A stretch of DNA of 64,000 bases, from positions 544,001 to 608,000 of the forward strand of contig CAVSQW010000015.1 of assembly GCA_963730185.1 (NCBI GenBank), in the 5' to 3' direction. This document shows positions 1 through 9,740 of this stretch, in pieces. The stretch is from an uncultured Gemmatimonadales bacterium (GTDB lineage Bacteria; Gemmatimonadota; Gemmatimonadetes; Gemmatimonadales; GWC2-71-9). Positions within the stretch are counted from its first letter, which is position 1; every line of letters starts with the position of its first letter. The notes below the pieces were generated by a model. That model ran no database searches and was not told where the DNA came from. It saw only the letters and a list, made by a program, of their open reading frames with translations. A program made the position numbers and the translations under genes.

Positions 1-515
1 GACCGGCCGGCGCCGTCGGCGGCGCGCCACCGCCGCTCGGTCTCCACCTTGCTCTCGCCATAGGTGGTGGTCGGCTGGTAGTCGTCGTCCCGGGTGGGCC
101 GGTAGCCCATCGTGCAGACCAGCTGGCTCGAGGTGCACACCACCCGGCCGACCGACGGGGCGTCGGCCAGGGCGTCGAGCAGGGCGGTGACCCCGTCGGT
201 ATTGGCGGCGTAGCCCGCGATCCCGCACCGCTCGTCGAGGTCGGTGCGGGCGGCCAGATGCACCACCGCGGCCGGCCGGGCCAAGGCAAGGGTCTTGGCC
301 AGGCGCTCCGGATCGAGCAGGTCGCCCACGTGCTCGGTGTAGCCGGGAAGGTCGCGGCCGGACGCCTCCCGGTCGTATCCGTGGACCCGATAACCGGACG
401 TGGTGAGGTGCCGGACCAGGTGGCGGCCGATGAACCCCGCGGAGCCGGTGACCAGGATGGTGCCCGGCGGCGCGACGGGAGCCTCGCCCCGGTCGGGCGG
501 CGGGGCGGCGGTCAT
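1..515 (-). CDS. NAD-dependent epimerase/dehydratase (extended SDR), 3' end outside window
   Basis: Translated by hand (not in the ORF track): MTAAPPP...ILVTGSAGFIG (GxxGxxG), VVHLAA, TSS, YGESK (YxxxK). ATG at 515 overlaps the upstream TGA (ATGA). Confidence 0.85.
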   Translation of the reverse strand, partial: MTAAPPPDRGEAPVAPPGTILVTGSAGFIGRHLVRHLTTSGYRVHGYDREASGRDLPGYTEHVGDLLDPERLAKTLALARPAAVVHLAARTDLDERCGIAGYAANTDGVTALLDALADAPSVGRVVCTSSQLVCTMGYRPTRDDDYQPTTTYGESKVETERRWRAADGAGR

Positions 516-2251
516 CCGGATTTGGCCACCAGGTACGGACCCACCGCCAGCAGGTCGATGTCGTTCCGGAGAAAGCAGGCGACCGCCTGGGCCGGGGTGT
601 CGACGATCGGCTCGTTCTCGTTGAAGCTGGTGTTGAGCAACACCGGCGTGCCGGTCCGTTCGGCGAAGGCCGAGATCAGGTCGTAGTAGGCGGGGTTCTG
701 CTCCCGGTTGACGGAGTGGAGCCGCCCGGTCGCGTCCTCGTGGCAGACGGCCGCCAACTCGGCCCGGCGCTCGGGGCGGATCCGGACCACGTGCATCATG
801 AAGGGACTCTCGATCGTCTGCTCGAAATAGTCGCCGACCGCCTCGGCGAGGATCGAGGGGGCGAACGGTCGAAACGACTCCCGGCGCTTGACCTTGGCGT
901 TGATGATGTCCTTCATGCCGGGCCAGCCGGGATGGGCCAGGATGGACCGGTTGCCGAGGGCCCGGGGGCCCCACTCGCTCCGGCCCTGGTACCAGCCCAC
1001 CACCAGGCCCTCGGCGAGGGCGTCGGCGACCCGGGTTAGGACTTCCTCCGGCGCCAACGGGTCCGCCGGCAGGCCCGCCTCCCGGAGCGCCGCGGCGATC
1101 TCGGCCTGGTCGTGAGCCGGGCCCCAGTAGGTGGCCCGCACCGGAGCCGGCCGGGCACCCCCGCTCTCGTGCCAGGCCTGGAGGGCGGCCCCGACCGCGG
1201 TGCCGTCGTCGCCGGCGGCGCCGTGGATGTACGTTCGGCGGAACGGCGTGTCCCGGAGAATCCGGGCGTTACAGACGCCGTTCAAGGCGCAGCCACCGGC
1301 GGCGACCAAGGTGTCGACCGGCACCTGGTCGTGGAGCCAGCGGAGGCACTCGACGACCAGGTTCTCGAAGTGCAGCTGGCAGCTGGCGGCCAGGTCGCGT
1401 TCGCGCTGGGTCAGCTCCGCGCCCCGGCGCCGGGGCGGTCCGACCTCGGCGGTCAGGGCCTCGGCGTGGTAGAGCGGTGGCACGATCAGCCGCCCCTGCT
1501 CGTCGAGCAGCTCCTCGTGCGGGCGTTGGAGCAGGCCCGAGAACCAGGCGCCGTCCATCCGATACTGTCCCCGTCCGGCGTAGGACACCATCCGCTCCAT
1601 CAGGGGCAGGTAGGTCGGCCGGCCGTAGGCCGCGAGCCCCATCACCTTGTACTCCTCGCCGAACTCGTCGAAGCCGATGAACTGGCAGAGCGCGGTGTAG
1701 AAGTAGCCGAGCGAGTGGGGCAGGTGGACCTTGTCGATCACGTCGATGTCGCCGTCGCAGCGAGCGTAGGCCCCCGAGACGAAGTCGCCCGACGCATCGT
1801 ACGAGAACCCGGCCGCGGCGACGAAATCGCTCCCCCAGTAGCTGCTGGCGAGGTGGGCCAGGTGGTGCTCCACGTGGACCAGGCGAAACCGGCACTCGCT
1901 CCGGTCGACGCCGCACTCGCGGGCGATCCGGTCGGGCAGGGCGTCGAGCTGCCGCTCCCGGGAGAGAAAGGTTCGGGCGGAGCCGACCACCCGGGCCGGA
2001 TTGCGGACGGCGTAGCCGGCCTTGGCCAGCAGGTTGGCCTTCGGGTCGTGACCGACCGCCACGATGTCGACGTCGCGCATCCGGAGGCCGCCTTCGGCCA
2101 ACGCTCGAGCGATTGCGTGGGTCGGAAACCCGGCGAAGTGCTTGCGGCGCTCGCCGAGCCGTTCTTCGGCCACGGCGGCAACGACGGTGCCGTCTTTGAC
2201 CAAGCAGGCGGCGGCGTCGGCGTGAAAGGTATTGAGGCCGAGAATGTTCAT
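512..2251 (-). CDS. Carbamoyltransferase, NodU/CmcH family
   Basis: MNILGLN-HADAAA, EERL, VEHHLAH, SLGYFY, EYKVMGLAAYG, AGGCALN, GPRALGNRSIL, RESFRPFAP, LLNTSFN. Start placed at ATG 2251. Confidence 0.95.
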   Translation of the reverse strand: MNILGLNTFHADAAACLVKDGTVVAAVAEERLGERRKHFAGFPTHAIARALAEGGLRMRDVDIVAVGHDPKANLLAKAGYAVRNPARVVGSARTFLSRERQLDALPDRIARECGVDRSECRFRLVHVEHHLAHLASSYWGSDFVAAAGFSYDASGDFVSGAYARCDGDIDVIDKVHLPHSLGYFYTALCQFIGFDEFGEEYKVMGLAAYGRPTYLPLMERMVSYAGRGQYRMDGAWFSGLLQRPHEELLDEQGRLIVPPLYHAEALTAEVGPPRRRGAELTQRERDLAASCQLHFENLVVECLRWLHDQVPVDTLVAAGGCALNGVCNARILRDTPFRRTYIHGAAGDDGTAVGAALQAWHESGGARPAPVRATYWGPAHDQAEIAAALREAGLPADPLAPEEVLTRVADALAEGLVVGWYQGRSEWGPRALGNRSILAHPGWPGMKDIINAKVKRRESFRPFAPSILAEAVGDYFEQTIESPFMMHVVRIRPERRAELAAVCHEDATGRLHSVNREQNPAYYDLISAFAERTGTPVLLNTSFNENEPIVDTPAQAVACFLRNDIDLLAVGPYLVAKSG

Positions 2252-2468
2252 GACCGAGAATCGCTCACGAATTCCGTCGCGCGGTGAACCGCCACACCAC
2301 ACCTGCGGAGCGGACGCGACACAATTCGAGCCCGGTCCAGGAGCGAATCGCGGATCGGCCCAGCGTCAGCGCCCCGATTCATGTCGGGTTCAGGCGGTCT
2401 AAGTGGTGGCAATGTAATCCCATAGCCATCTGTTAGCGCGAGAACTTGCATCCGCCGTTGAAGGCGGT

Positions 2469-2483
2469 CGGCACGGATGCTGC
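2469..2483 (+). promoter_or_regulatory. Sigma54 (-24/-12) promoter of the PEP-CTERM gene
   Basis: CGGCACGGATGCTGC has GG at 2470-71 and GC at 2482-83, exactly 10 nt apart, matching TGGCACG-N4-TTGC. It lies 68 nt upstream of ATG 2552. Confidence 0.7.
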
Positions 2484-2551
2484 CTAGAAGTTAAGCGTCA
2501 AATTTGGCGGCGGTCGTCGGGCCGCAATTCCTCATTTCGGACGAAGGTTTC

Positions 2552-3205
2552 ATGCGCATTCTTCGCTCTCTCGGACTGACGGCGGTTGGCCTGGCGCTCG
2601 TGGCGGGGGCAGCCCAAGCCCAGCAGCGGGTCAACTTCGACAACCTGACCTCGGGGCCGTTCGCCTGGCTGCCCGATGGGTACGACGGCTTCAAATGGTC
2701 CAACGGCTTCGTGATCGACCCTAACGCCTGGTTCGGTGGGGTGAGCGCGGCCGGCGGCTTCGGCCAGGGTCTGGATTCCCCCAGGATGCTGATGAGCAAC
2801 GGCGGCGGGAACATGCTCGTCCTGACCAGCATGAACGGTGGCCTGTTCAACCTCGCCGACGGCAAGTTCGGCTCCGCCTGGCGGGAGGGGATGACGCTCA
2901 ACATCCGCGGCTTCACCAACGGCAACCAGACGTTCTTCCGGACCGTGCTGCTCAACTGGGACAATCCCCAGTTCTTGAAGCTCGGCATCCGGGGCGTCGA
3001 CCGGATCGAGTTCGAGTCGTCGGGCGGCACCGTGGGCGCCGGTTTCGACGCGGGCAGCAACGCGGGCTTCACGGCCGACAACCTGGGGCTCGACTCCACC
3101 GTGACGCCCGAGCCCAGCACCTGGGTGCTGATGATCACCGGTCTGGCGGGTCTCGGTATCGTGGCCTTCACCCGGCGCCGCCAGATCCAGAAGCTCACCG
3201 CCTGA
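2552..3205 (+). CDS. PEP-CTERM sorting-signal surface protein
   Basis: Signal peptide MRILRSLGLTAVGLALVAGAAQA. C-terminal VTPEPSTWVLMITGLAGLGIVAFTRRR (PEP, TM helix, basic tail). Confidence 0.93.
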   Translation: MRILRSLGLTAVGLALVAGAAQAQQRVNFDNLTSGPFAWLPDGYDGFKWSNGFVIDPNAWFGGVSAAGGFGQGLDSPRMLMSNGGGNMLVLTSMNGGLFNLADGKFGSAWREGMTLNIRGFTNGNQTFFRTVLLNWDNPQFLKLGIRGVDRIEFESSGGTVGAGFDAGSNAGFTADNLGLDSTVTPEPSTWVLMITGLAGLGIVAFTRRRQIQKLTA

Positions 3206-3221
3206 TCCCGTCCTTCTCCGA

Positions 3222-3260
3222 AACCGCTCGGCGGGCCCGTCACCGGTCCGCCGAGCGGTT
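3222..3260. terminator. 16-bp hairpin between convergent genes
   Basis: AACCGCTCGGCGGGCC-7nt-GGTCCGCCGAGCGGTT, with one G-U pair. The right arm lies in the last codons of the convergent glycosyltransferase. Confidence 0.6.
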
Positions 3261-4358
3261 CGGTGCGTCGGGGCGGTGGACCCGGAGCAGCTGATCGACC
3301 GTGCGCGCCACGGTTTCCTCCCAGCAAAAGTGCCCGGCCCGGCCGGCGGCCGTGTCGCGAACGGTTCGGCGCTCGGCGGTCGACAGGGCCAGCGCGGAGC
3401 GAATCCGGGCGGTCAGTCCGTCGACATCGCCGGCGGTGTAGTACGAGGCCCCGGTCTCGAAGAACTCGGGCATGGGCCGACACTCGGTCGAGATGCACAC
3501 CGCGCCTTGGGCCATCGCCTCGAGCGCCGTATTGGGGCAGGCCTCCACCCGGCTGGTCATCAGGAACGCCGCGCAGGACTCGTAGGCCCAGGCCAACTCG
3601 GGTGCCTGGAGCTGTCCGAGCCACCTGACCCGGCGCTGGACGCCCAGCGTCCGAGCGAGCGAGTCCATCTGCGCCTGATAGTCGGCGCTCCCGCTCCCGG
3701 CGATGGCGAGGATCACCTCGGCGTCGTCGGGCCGGTCGAGCCGGGCCAGCGCCCCGATCGCGTCCTCGAGCCCGCGGTAGGGCAGGAGCGAGCCGGCCGC
3801 GAGCAGGAAACGACGGCCGGCCAGGCCACCGGGCGGGTCGGTCGCGGGCCTGACCCGGTCGACCCCGTGGTACACGACGCCGACCCGGCCGGCGGGGATC
3901 CGCCACGCGGCTTGGACGTGATCGGCGACGAACCGCGAGACGGCCACGACCCGGGCGGCCCGCTGGGCGGCTCGCCTGGCCACTCGGGCCATGGCTTGTC
4001 GGCGGAGCCATCGCGCCGGAGATCCCGCCGGCTGATCCACGAACGGCTCCATGTTCCGCACCATGACCACGGCCGGCGCGCCGGCGTCGATCCACCGGGC
4101 CGTCGGGACAAAGACCACGTCGGGACGCCAGGCGCGGACCCGGGTGGCCAGCCGCGGAAATCCGAGCCACGGGTCGGCCGGCGGCCAGGCGAGGGCGATC
4201 TGATCCGCATCCAGCAGGGACTCCTCGCCCGGCGGGATCCCGATCATCAAGTCAGAGACCGCTGGATGGCGGAGGAGCAAGGGTGCCACCCGGCGCAGAT
4301 ACTTCCGATATCCACCGCTCAGACCGCCCTGGGTCAGGTTGAGCATCGCGACTCTCAT
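3240..4358 (-). CDS. Glycosyltransferase family 4 (GT-B)
   Basis: MRVAMLNL start (ATGA overlap), VSRFVAD, VVYHGVD, EACPNTALEAMAQG (EX7E). Confidence 0.9.
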   Translation of the reverse strand: MRVAMLNLTQGGLSGGYRKYLRRVAPLLLRHPAVSDLMIGIPPGEESLLDADQIALAWPPADPWLGFPRLATRVRAWRPDVVFVPTARWIDAGAPAVVMVRNMEPFVDQPAGSPARWLRRQAMARVARRAAQRAARVVAVSRFVADHVQAAWRIPAGRVGVVYHGVDRVRPATDPPGGLAGRRFLLAAGSLLPYRGLEDAIGALARLDRPDDAEVILAIAGSGSADYQAQMDSLARTLGVQRRVRWLGQLQAPELAWAYESCAAFLMTSRVEACPNTALEAMAQGAVCISTECRPMPEFFETGASYYTAGDVDGLTARIRSALALSTAERRTVRDTAAGRAGHFCWEETVARTVDQLLRVHRPDAPNRSADR

Positions 4359-5335
4359 GGGCGGGTTCCTCGCCCCACGACGAACCCGAGTCGCTCCACT
4401 GACACGTCCGCCAGGCCGGCCTGCTCGAACCAGCGCCGGAGCGTCCCGACCGATTGGGGCTGATCGAACGCCGGGGCCAGCATGTCGAAGGTGTCGAGCA
4501 CGGCCCAGGTCTCCAGCTGCTCCCGCGAGAGGGGGAGCACGCCCGAGTAGTCGGCGACCGGGACCAGGCGACGAAGCTGGCCGCCGACCACCGGAATGCG
4601 GCCGAGGCCGCGGCTCAGCGGGAGCAGCCAGGGGACGGCGCGCTGGAGCAGCCGGAACAGCCGATCCGCCGGCATCCGCCGGGTCACGGGCCTCAACCAG
4701 TACTTGGGCCAGACCAGGTTCCGCCAGAGCCGGGGATAGAGGTCCACGCCCAGGTGCCCGCCGGGGCGGAGCATCGGCGGGAGGGCGGCGAACGCTCGGG
4801 CCACGTCGGGGGTGTGCTGCAGGACCCCGAGGCAGTAGACGAAGTCGAACGAGCCGGGTTGGAAGGGCAGGGCGTAGATGTCGCCCTGCACGACGTCGAG
4901 CCCCGGGTGTCCCCGAAGGTTGGCCCGGCAGGCGTCGACGGCGCTGGAGGCATCGACCGCGACCACCGTCGCCCCGGCGTCGAGCGCGACCTCCGCGAAG
5001 CGGCCGGCGCCGGCCCCGGCGTCGAGCACCCGGGCGCCGGCCAGCTGCTCGGGCCGCCAGCCGGTGAACCGGTAGAACCGGTCGCGCGAGATGGGCGCTC
5101 CCGAATGGCTGTCGAGCTGGGTCCGGCGGAAGCGGTTCCACTGGAGGCCGAACGAGTCGGTGTAGCCGCGCTCGGGAACGAATCGGGGCACCCCCCGAAC
5201 GATCGGGTAGGTGGTGCCGTCGGCCGCGCGCAGGGTGCCGGTCTCGATCTCGTCCGAGGCGCCGTCGGCGTCGGCGAGCGCGAGCGGGGTGCCCGACCGC
5301 GGACACCGGAGCAGATCGAGGAGACGCCGGTTCAC
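4355..5335 (-). CDS. Class I SAM methyltransferase with N-terminal Trm112-like segment
   Basis: GTG 5335 overlaps the asnB stop. LLDLLRCP...YPIVRGVPRF is Trm112-like, followed by VLDAGAGAGRF and FDFVYCLGVLQH. Confidence 0.88.
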   Translation of the reverse strand: MNRRLLDLLRCPRSGTPLALADADGASDEIETGTLRAADGTTYPIVRGVPRFVPERGYTDSFGLQWNRFRRTQLDSHSGAPISRDRFYRFTGWRPEQLAGARVLDAGAGAGRFAEVALDAGATVVAVDASSAVDACRANLRGHPGLDVVQGDIYALPFQPGSFDFVYCLGVLQHTPDVARAFAALPPMLRPGGHLGVDLYPRLWRNLVWPKYWLRPVTRRMPADRLFRLLQRAVPWLLPLSRGLGRIPVVGGQLRRLVPVADYSGVLPLSREQLETWAVLDTFDMLAPAFDQPQSVGTLRRWFEQAGLADVSVERLGFVVGRGTRP

Positions 5336-7209
5336 GCCGCCACCTCGGGCAGCTCGATCCGGTGTTCCTCCCGCCAGAGGGCCAGGAACGCCAGGGCGAA
5401 CAGCCGCTGACCGTTGTGGAGTCCCCGCCGCTGTCCCTCGAGTAGCCGCTCGACGCCGGCCGGAGCGAAGAGCGCCGAGGGGGCCGCCCGCAGCGCGTCG
5501 GTGATCCGAGCGCCCCACTCGCCTCGAAGCCAGGCGGCCAACGGAATCGAGAACCCCCGCTTTCGGCTCAGGTCCAAGGTCGGCGGCAGCACCCGCTCGG
5601 CCAGGAGTCGGGGGAGGATCTTCCGGTGCCGAACCGAGGCGCGGTACCGGTCGGGCACTCGGCCGAAGGCAAACTCGACGATCCGCCGGTCCAGGAACGG
5701 CGCCCTGACCTCGAGCGAGGCCAGCATGCTGGCCCGGTCGACCTTGACGAGGATGTCGTCGGGGAGATAGGACGCGAAGTCGGCCCGAGTCAGGCGTTGG
5801 AGCGTGCCCCCGACGGCGGCCGCCGCACGGGCGCGATAGCGTTCGCCGGGGGCGTCGGGACGGGCCGCCGCCAGGAGCGGCGAGAGCCGACGCCGGGTGG
5901 CGGCATCGAGGTAGAGGCCGCTTCGGGCCACGGCCTCGAGGGGGTCGAGGCCCACCGTCTGGAGGTAGGTCCGGCCGCGGAAGCCGACCGGCAGCTGGGC
6001 GGCCGAGCGGCCGATCAGGTGGCGAACCGGCGACGGCAGCCAGCGGCGGACCCGGTCCTGGGCCAGGCCGACCTGGTAGAGGTGGTACCCCCCGAACAGC
6101 TCGTCGCCCCCGTCCCCGCCGAGGGCCACGGTGCAATGGGGGCGAATCAGCCGCGACACCAGGAAGGTCGGGAGCATCGAGGAGTCGGCGATCGGCTCGT
6201 CGTACTGGTGTACCAGCGCCGGCAGCAGGTCGAGCGAGGCCGACTCGGCCACCAGCTCGTGGTGCTCGGTTCCGAAGTGGTCGGCGACCAACCGGGCGTA
6301 CGGCGCCTCGTCGAACGCCCCGTGCCCCGGAAACGAGATCGTGAAGGTGCGGACCGGCCGGCGGGAGGCTCGCGCGGCCAGGGCGACGACCAGGCTCGAG
6401 TCGATCCCGCCGGAGAGCAGCACGCCGACCGGCACGTCGGCCACCAGCTGCTCGGACACGGCGGTGGCCAGCAGCCCCTCGAGCTCGGCGGCCAGGTCGT
6501 CGGGTGACGCGGCGGCGGTGGGCGGTGCCGGCAGGGCCCAGTAGCGATTCACGCTCGACCGTCCCGACTCGAGGTCGAAGGTCAGGACCGAGCCGGGGGC
6601 GAGCTTGGCCATGCCGTCGACGAGGCAGGCCGAACCCGGGACGTAGCCGAAGGCGAGGTAGGCGTCGAGGGCGCCGGGGTCGAGCACCCGGGGGAGGGCC
6701 GGATCCGCGAAGAGAGCTTTGAGCTCCGACGCGAAATGGAGCCGGCCGCCCGCCAGACGGTAGAAGAGCGGCTTCTCGCCGGCCCGGTCGCGGGCGAGCA
6801 CCAGCCGGCGCTCCGCGAGATCGTAGAGGGCGAAGGCGAACATCCCCCTGAGCCGGTCCAGGCAATCGAGGCCCCAGGCCTGGTAGGCCGCCAGCACCAC
6901 CTCGGTGTCGGAGTGCCCGCGGAACCGGACTCCCCGCTCGGTCAGCTCGGCTCGGAGCTCGGCGAAGTTGTAGATCTCCCCGTTGAAGGTGAGGGCCAGG
7001 GCGCCGTCGGCCGAGAGCATCGGCTGGTGGCCGGCGGCCGAGAGATCGAGGATGGCGAGCCGCCGGTGGCCGAACCCGACCCGTCCATCCGCGGACCACC
7101 ACTCGCCGGCGTCGTCGGGGCCCCGGTGGCGGAGCGCGTCCCGCATCGCGGGCAGGGGAGGGCGGGGCTCCCATGCTTTGGTGGCCGCGACGCCGACGAT
7201 GCCGCACAT
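5332..7209 (-). CDS. asnB: Asparagine synthase (glutamine-hydrolysing) family amidotransferase, probably sugar-amidating
   Basis: MCGIVG, HRGPD, GHRRLAILDLS, FNGEIYNF, LLSGGIDSS, GDGGDELFGGY, KVDRASM, LEVRAPFLD. Confidence 0.95.
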   Translation of the reverse strand: MCGIVGVAATKAWEPRPPLPAMRDALRHRGPDDAGEWWSADGRVGFGHRRLAILDLSAAGHQPMLSADGALALTFNGEIYNFAELRAELTERGVRFRGHSDTEVVLAAYQAWGLDCLDRLRGMFAFALYDLAERRLVLARDRAGEKPLFYRLAGGRLHFASELKALFADPALPRVLDPGALDAYLAFGYVPGSACLVDGMAKLAPGSVLTFDLESGRSSVNRYWALPAPPTAAASPDDLAAELEGLLATAVSEQLVADVPVGVLLSGGIDSSLVVALAARASRRPVRTFTISFPGHGAFDEAPYARLVADHFGTEHHELVAESASLDLLPALVHQYDEPIADSSMLPTFLVSRLIRPHCTVALGGDGGDELFGGYHLYQVGLAQDRVRRWLPSPVRHLIGRSAAQLPVGFRGRTYLQTVGLDPLEAVARSGLYLDAATRRRLSPLLAAARPDAPGERYRARAAAAVGGTLQRLTRADFASYLPDDILVKVDRASMLASLEVRAPFLDRRIVEFAFGRVPDRYRASVRHRKILPRLLAERVLPPTLDLSRKRGFSIPLAAWLRGEWGARITDALRAAPSALFAPAGVERLLEGQRRGLHNGQRLFALAFLALWREEHRIELPEVAA

Positions 7210-7211
7210 GG

Positions 7212-8288
7212 TCAGGCGCTCCGCCGGGGCCGACGCCCCGCGAGCACCGCGTCGTAGGCCCGGTCGTACTGCTCCACGATCCGGGGCAGGTCGAACGGCT
7301 CGACCCGACGGCCCGCGGCCCGGGTCCGGGCGCCCACGTCGCTCCGGTCGGTCAGGGCGGCGCGAATGGCCTCGGCCAGCTGGGTCGGGTTCTCGGGGTC
7401 GACGAACCAGGCCGAGGTCGAGTCGAGGATCTCACGGTGGGCGGGAATGTCGGACACGATCACCGGCCGGCCGGCCGCCATCGCCTCGAGCACCGCATTG
7501 GGACGTCCCTCGAACGCGCTCGGGTTCACCACCACGGCCGCGCTCCGGATGACCGACCAGGCGTCGTCCCGGCGTCCCAGGAATCGAACCCGGTCGGCCA
7601 GGCCGAGCCGGGCCGCCAGCGCTTCGAGGGCGGCGCGCTCGGGACCATCGCCGCAGAGAAACAATTGAGCGTCGGCCGGGGGCGACCCGTCGGCCAGGGC
7701 GTGAAGCAGGGTGGCCACCCGCTTCTCCGCGGACAGCCGGCCGACGAAGACGACCGCGTTCGGAGGGAGGTCGACGGCCGGGGCGTTCCGAATCCGGTCC
7801 AGGGGCAGCGCGTTGCCGATGACTCGGCGCGGCGTCGCCGGCGCCGCGGCGGTCCAGTAGGCCGCCCCGCCCTCGGAGTTGGCGACGATCAGGTCCGCGC
7901 TCCGCGCCAATCGGGCCCGAAGCGATTGCTTCCAGCTCGCCGGATAGGCGGCGGCGGAGGATCGCTCGGCCAGGACCCAGGGCCGGCCCGTCAGCCGGGT
8001 CGCCAACCCGGCGGCGACGTCCATCTGGGTGAGCCAGGTCTGCACCAGGGCCGGGTTCACTCGGGTGGAGAGCCGGGCCAGAGCCCACACCAGTCGGGGG
8101 TCGGTGTTGCTCGCTACCCCGATCGGGTGGGGGTGGACGCCGGCCCGCTCGAGGGCCTCCAGGTGCGGTCCGGCCCGGACGAAGGCGACGTGGACCTCGT
8201 GCCGTTCGGCCTGGGCGGCCGCGAGGAGGCCCAGCTGTCGTTCGGCGCCACCGGTCTCGAGCGAGCTGATGCAGTGGAGGAGGCGCAT
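7212..8288 (-). CDS. Glycosyltransferase family 4
   Basis: GGAERQL, VGRLSAEKR, EGRPNAVLEAMAAG. Confidence 0.93.
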   Translation of the reverse strand: MRLLHCISSLETGGAERQLGLLAAAQAERHEVHVAFVRAGPHLEALERAGVHPHPIGVASNTDPRLVWALARLSTRVNPALVQTWLTQMDVAAGLATRLTGRPWVLAERSSAAAYPASWKQSLRARLARSADLIVANSEGGAAYWTAAAPATPRRVIGNALPLDRIRNAPAVDLPPNAVVFVGRLSAEKRVATLLHALADGSPPADAQLFLCGDGPERAALEALAARLGLADRVRFLGRRDDAWSVIRSAAVVVNPSAFEGRPNAVLEAMAAGRPVIVSDIPAHREILDSTSAWFVDPENPTQLAEAIRAALTDRSDVGARTRAAGRRVEPFDLPRIVEQYDRAYDAVLAGRRPRRSA

Positions 8289-8294
8289 GCCGGG

Positions 8295-9740
8295 TCAGGT
8301 CCCCACCGGCGGGCCGGGCCGGCGTCGGTGGCCGGCGAGGACCTCCGCGAGCGCCACGGCCTGGACGAAGGCCATGACCGGCTTCGACACGCCGTGCTGC
8401 TGGGTGGCGGCCATCACCAGCCAGACCAGGATGGCGCCGGCCACGACGAGGGACGGAGCCGCCTCGGGGCGATGGCGTCGGAGCCGGTCGGTGAGCCGGC
8501 AGAGGATCAGAGCGACCGCCGCGACCAGAAGCAGAACGGTCGGGAGACCGAAATTCAGGATGCCGTACAGATAGCCGCTGTCGACTGCTTGCTGTTGGAT
8601 GCTCGCGCCGCTCAGGATGTGCTGAACGAGCGGGTCGGTGACGACCCGAGTGGTGTAGTCCGGCCCCAGGCCTAGCAACAACGTCCTGGGCGAGTCGAGG
8701 AGGAAACGGGCCACGTTCCGCCACACGGCGAGGCGGAGCCGAAGCGATTCCGACTGGCCGACCCGGGCCGCGAGCAGGGCAACCTGGGAAGCGGGCAGGG
8801 TGAGGGCCGCCGCGGCGACCGTGCCCAGCCCGGCGACGGCCACCACCAGCGCCGCACCCATCGCGGCGAGCGGCCGGCGCCTCAGCGCGGCCCCGAGCGG
8901 GACGACGGCGATCACGGCGAGGACGACGCCGAACCACACCGTCAGGCTGGCCATCAGCATCGCCGTGGCGAGGTTGACCGCCGTCGCCGCGACGAGAAGG
9001 AGCACCGCCGCCGGACGCCAGTGGCAGCCGACCAGGGCCGCGACCGCACCCACCAGGCACGCCGCGAGGGGGAAGATGAACCCGGTGACGAAGAAGGTCG
9101 CCCGGTACAGGGTCTGGTCGCTCTGGAGAAGGGCCCCGGCCTGGTCGGCGGTCCCCGCGTCGATCCCGACCAGCAGGGGAATGCCTCGAGCGTACGCGAC
9201 CAGCACCAAGGCGCTGGACAGGGTCACGGCGAGGAGCCACCCCTCGAGCACCTTCCAGACGTCGGGCGCGGACCGGACCGCGCCCAAGGTGAGCAGATAG
9301 GCCACGGCCAACTCGCCCAAGCCGACCATGCTCGGCAAGAGCGGTCGGGGGGCCCGGGAGGCCAGCCAGCTGACCATTAGGATGGGCACCACGAGACCGG
9401 CGAGCCAGCGGGTCGGAGACGCGGGTGGCAAGCGGAACGGCCGCCCGGAAAGTACCCCGATCGTGATCCCGGCCAGGTAGGCGTCGCCCGCATTGAGGTT
9501 GACGCCGGCAACCCCGAGGCGGGCGGCCGGACCCAACAGCGCCGGGCCCGCCAGCAGGGCGACTGCCGCAAGGGGAGAGAGGTAGCCGAGCAGGAGACCG
9601 GACCCCGCGAGGAGCGCGGCGACGCCCATCCGGAACGGCACCGGGGCGTGGAGCGGCTCGAGGGTGGCGAGCACGATGGTGAGCCCGACGACGATCGCCG
9701 CCATGCGAGCCGTGACCGCCCCACGCCGACCGCCCGTCAC
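8295..9740 (-). CDS. O-antigen ligase/Wzy polymerase-like multi-TM protein
   Basis: About 11-12 hydrophobic segments. Late periplasmic loop SLRLRLAVWR...LLGLGP...VDSGYL. GTG 9740 overlaps the upstream stop. Confidence 0.75.
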   Translation of the reverse strand: MTGGRRGAVTARMAAIVVGLTIVLATLEPLHAPVPFRMGVAALLAGSGLLLGYLSPLAAVALLAGPALLGPAARLGVAGVNLNAGDAYLAGITIGVLSGRPFRLPPASPTRWLAGLVVPILMVSWLASRAPRPLLPSMVGLGELAVAYLLTLGAVRSAPDVWKVLEGWLLAVTLSSALVLVAYARGIPLLVGIDAGTADQAGALLQSDQTLYRATFFVTGFIFPLAACLVGAVAALVGCHWRPAAVLLLVAATAVNLATAMLMASLTVWFGVVLAVIAVVPLGAALRRRPLAAMGAALVVAVAGLGTVAAAALTLPASQVALLAARVGQSESLRLRLAVWRNVARFLLDSPRTLLLGLGPDYTTRVVTDPLVQHILSGASIQQQAVDSGYLYGILNFGLPTVLLLVAAVALILCRLTDRLRRHRPEAAPSLVVAGAILVWLVMAATQQHGVSKPVMAFVQAVALAEVLAGHRRRPGPPVGT

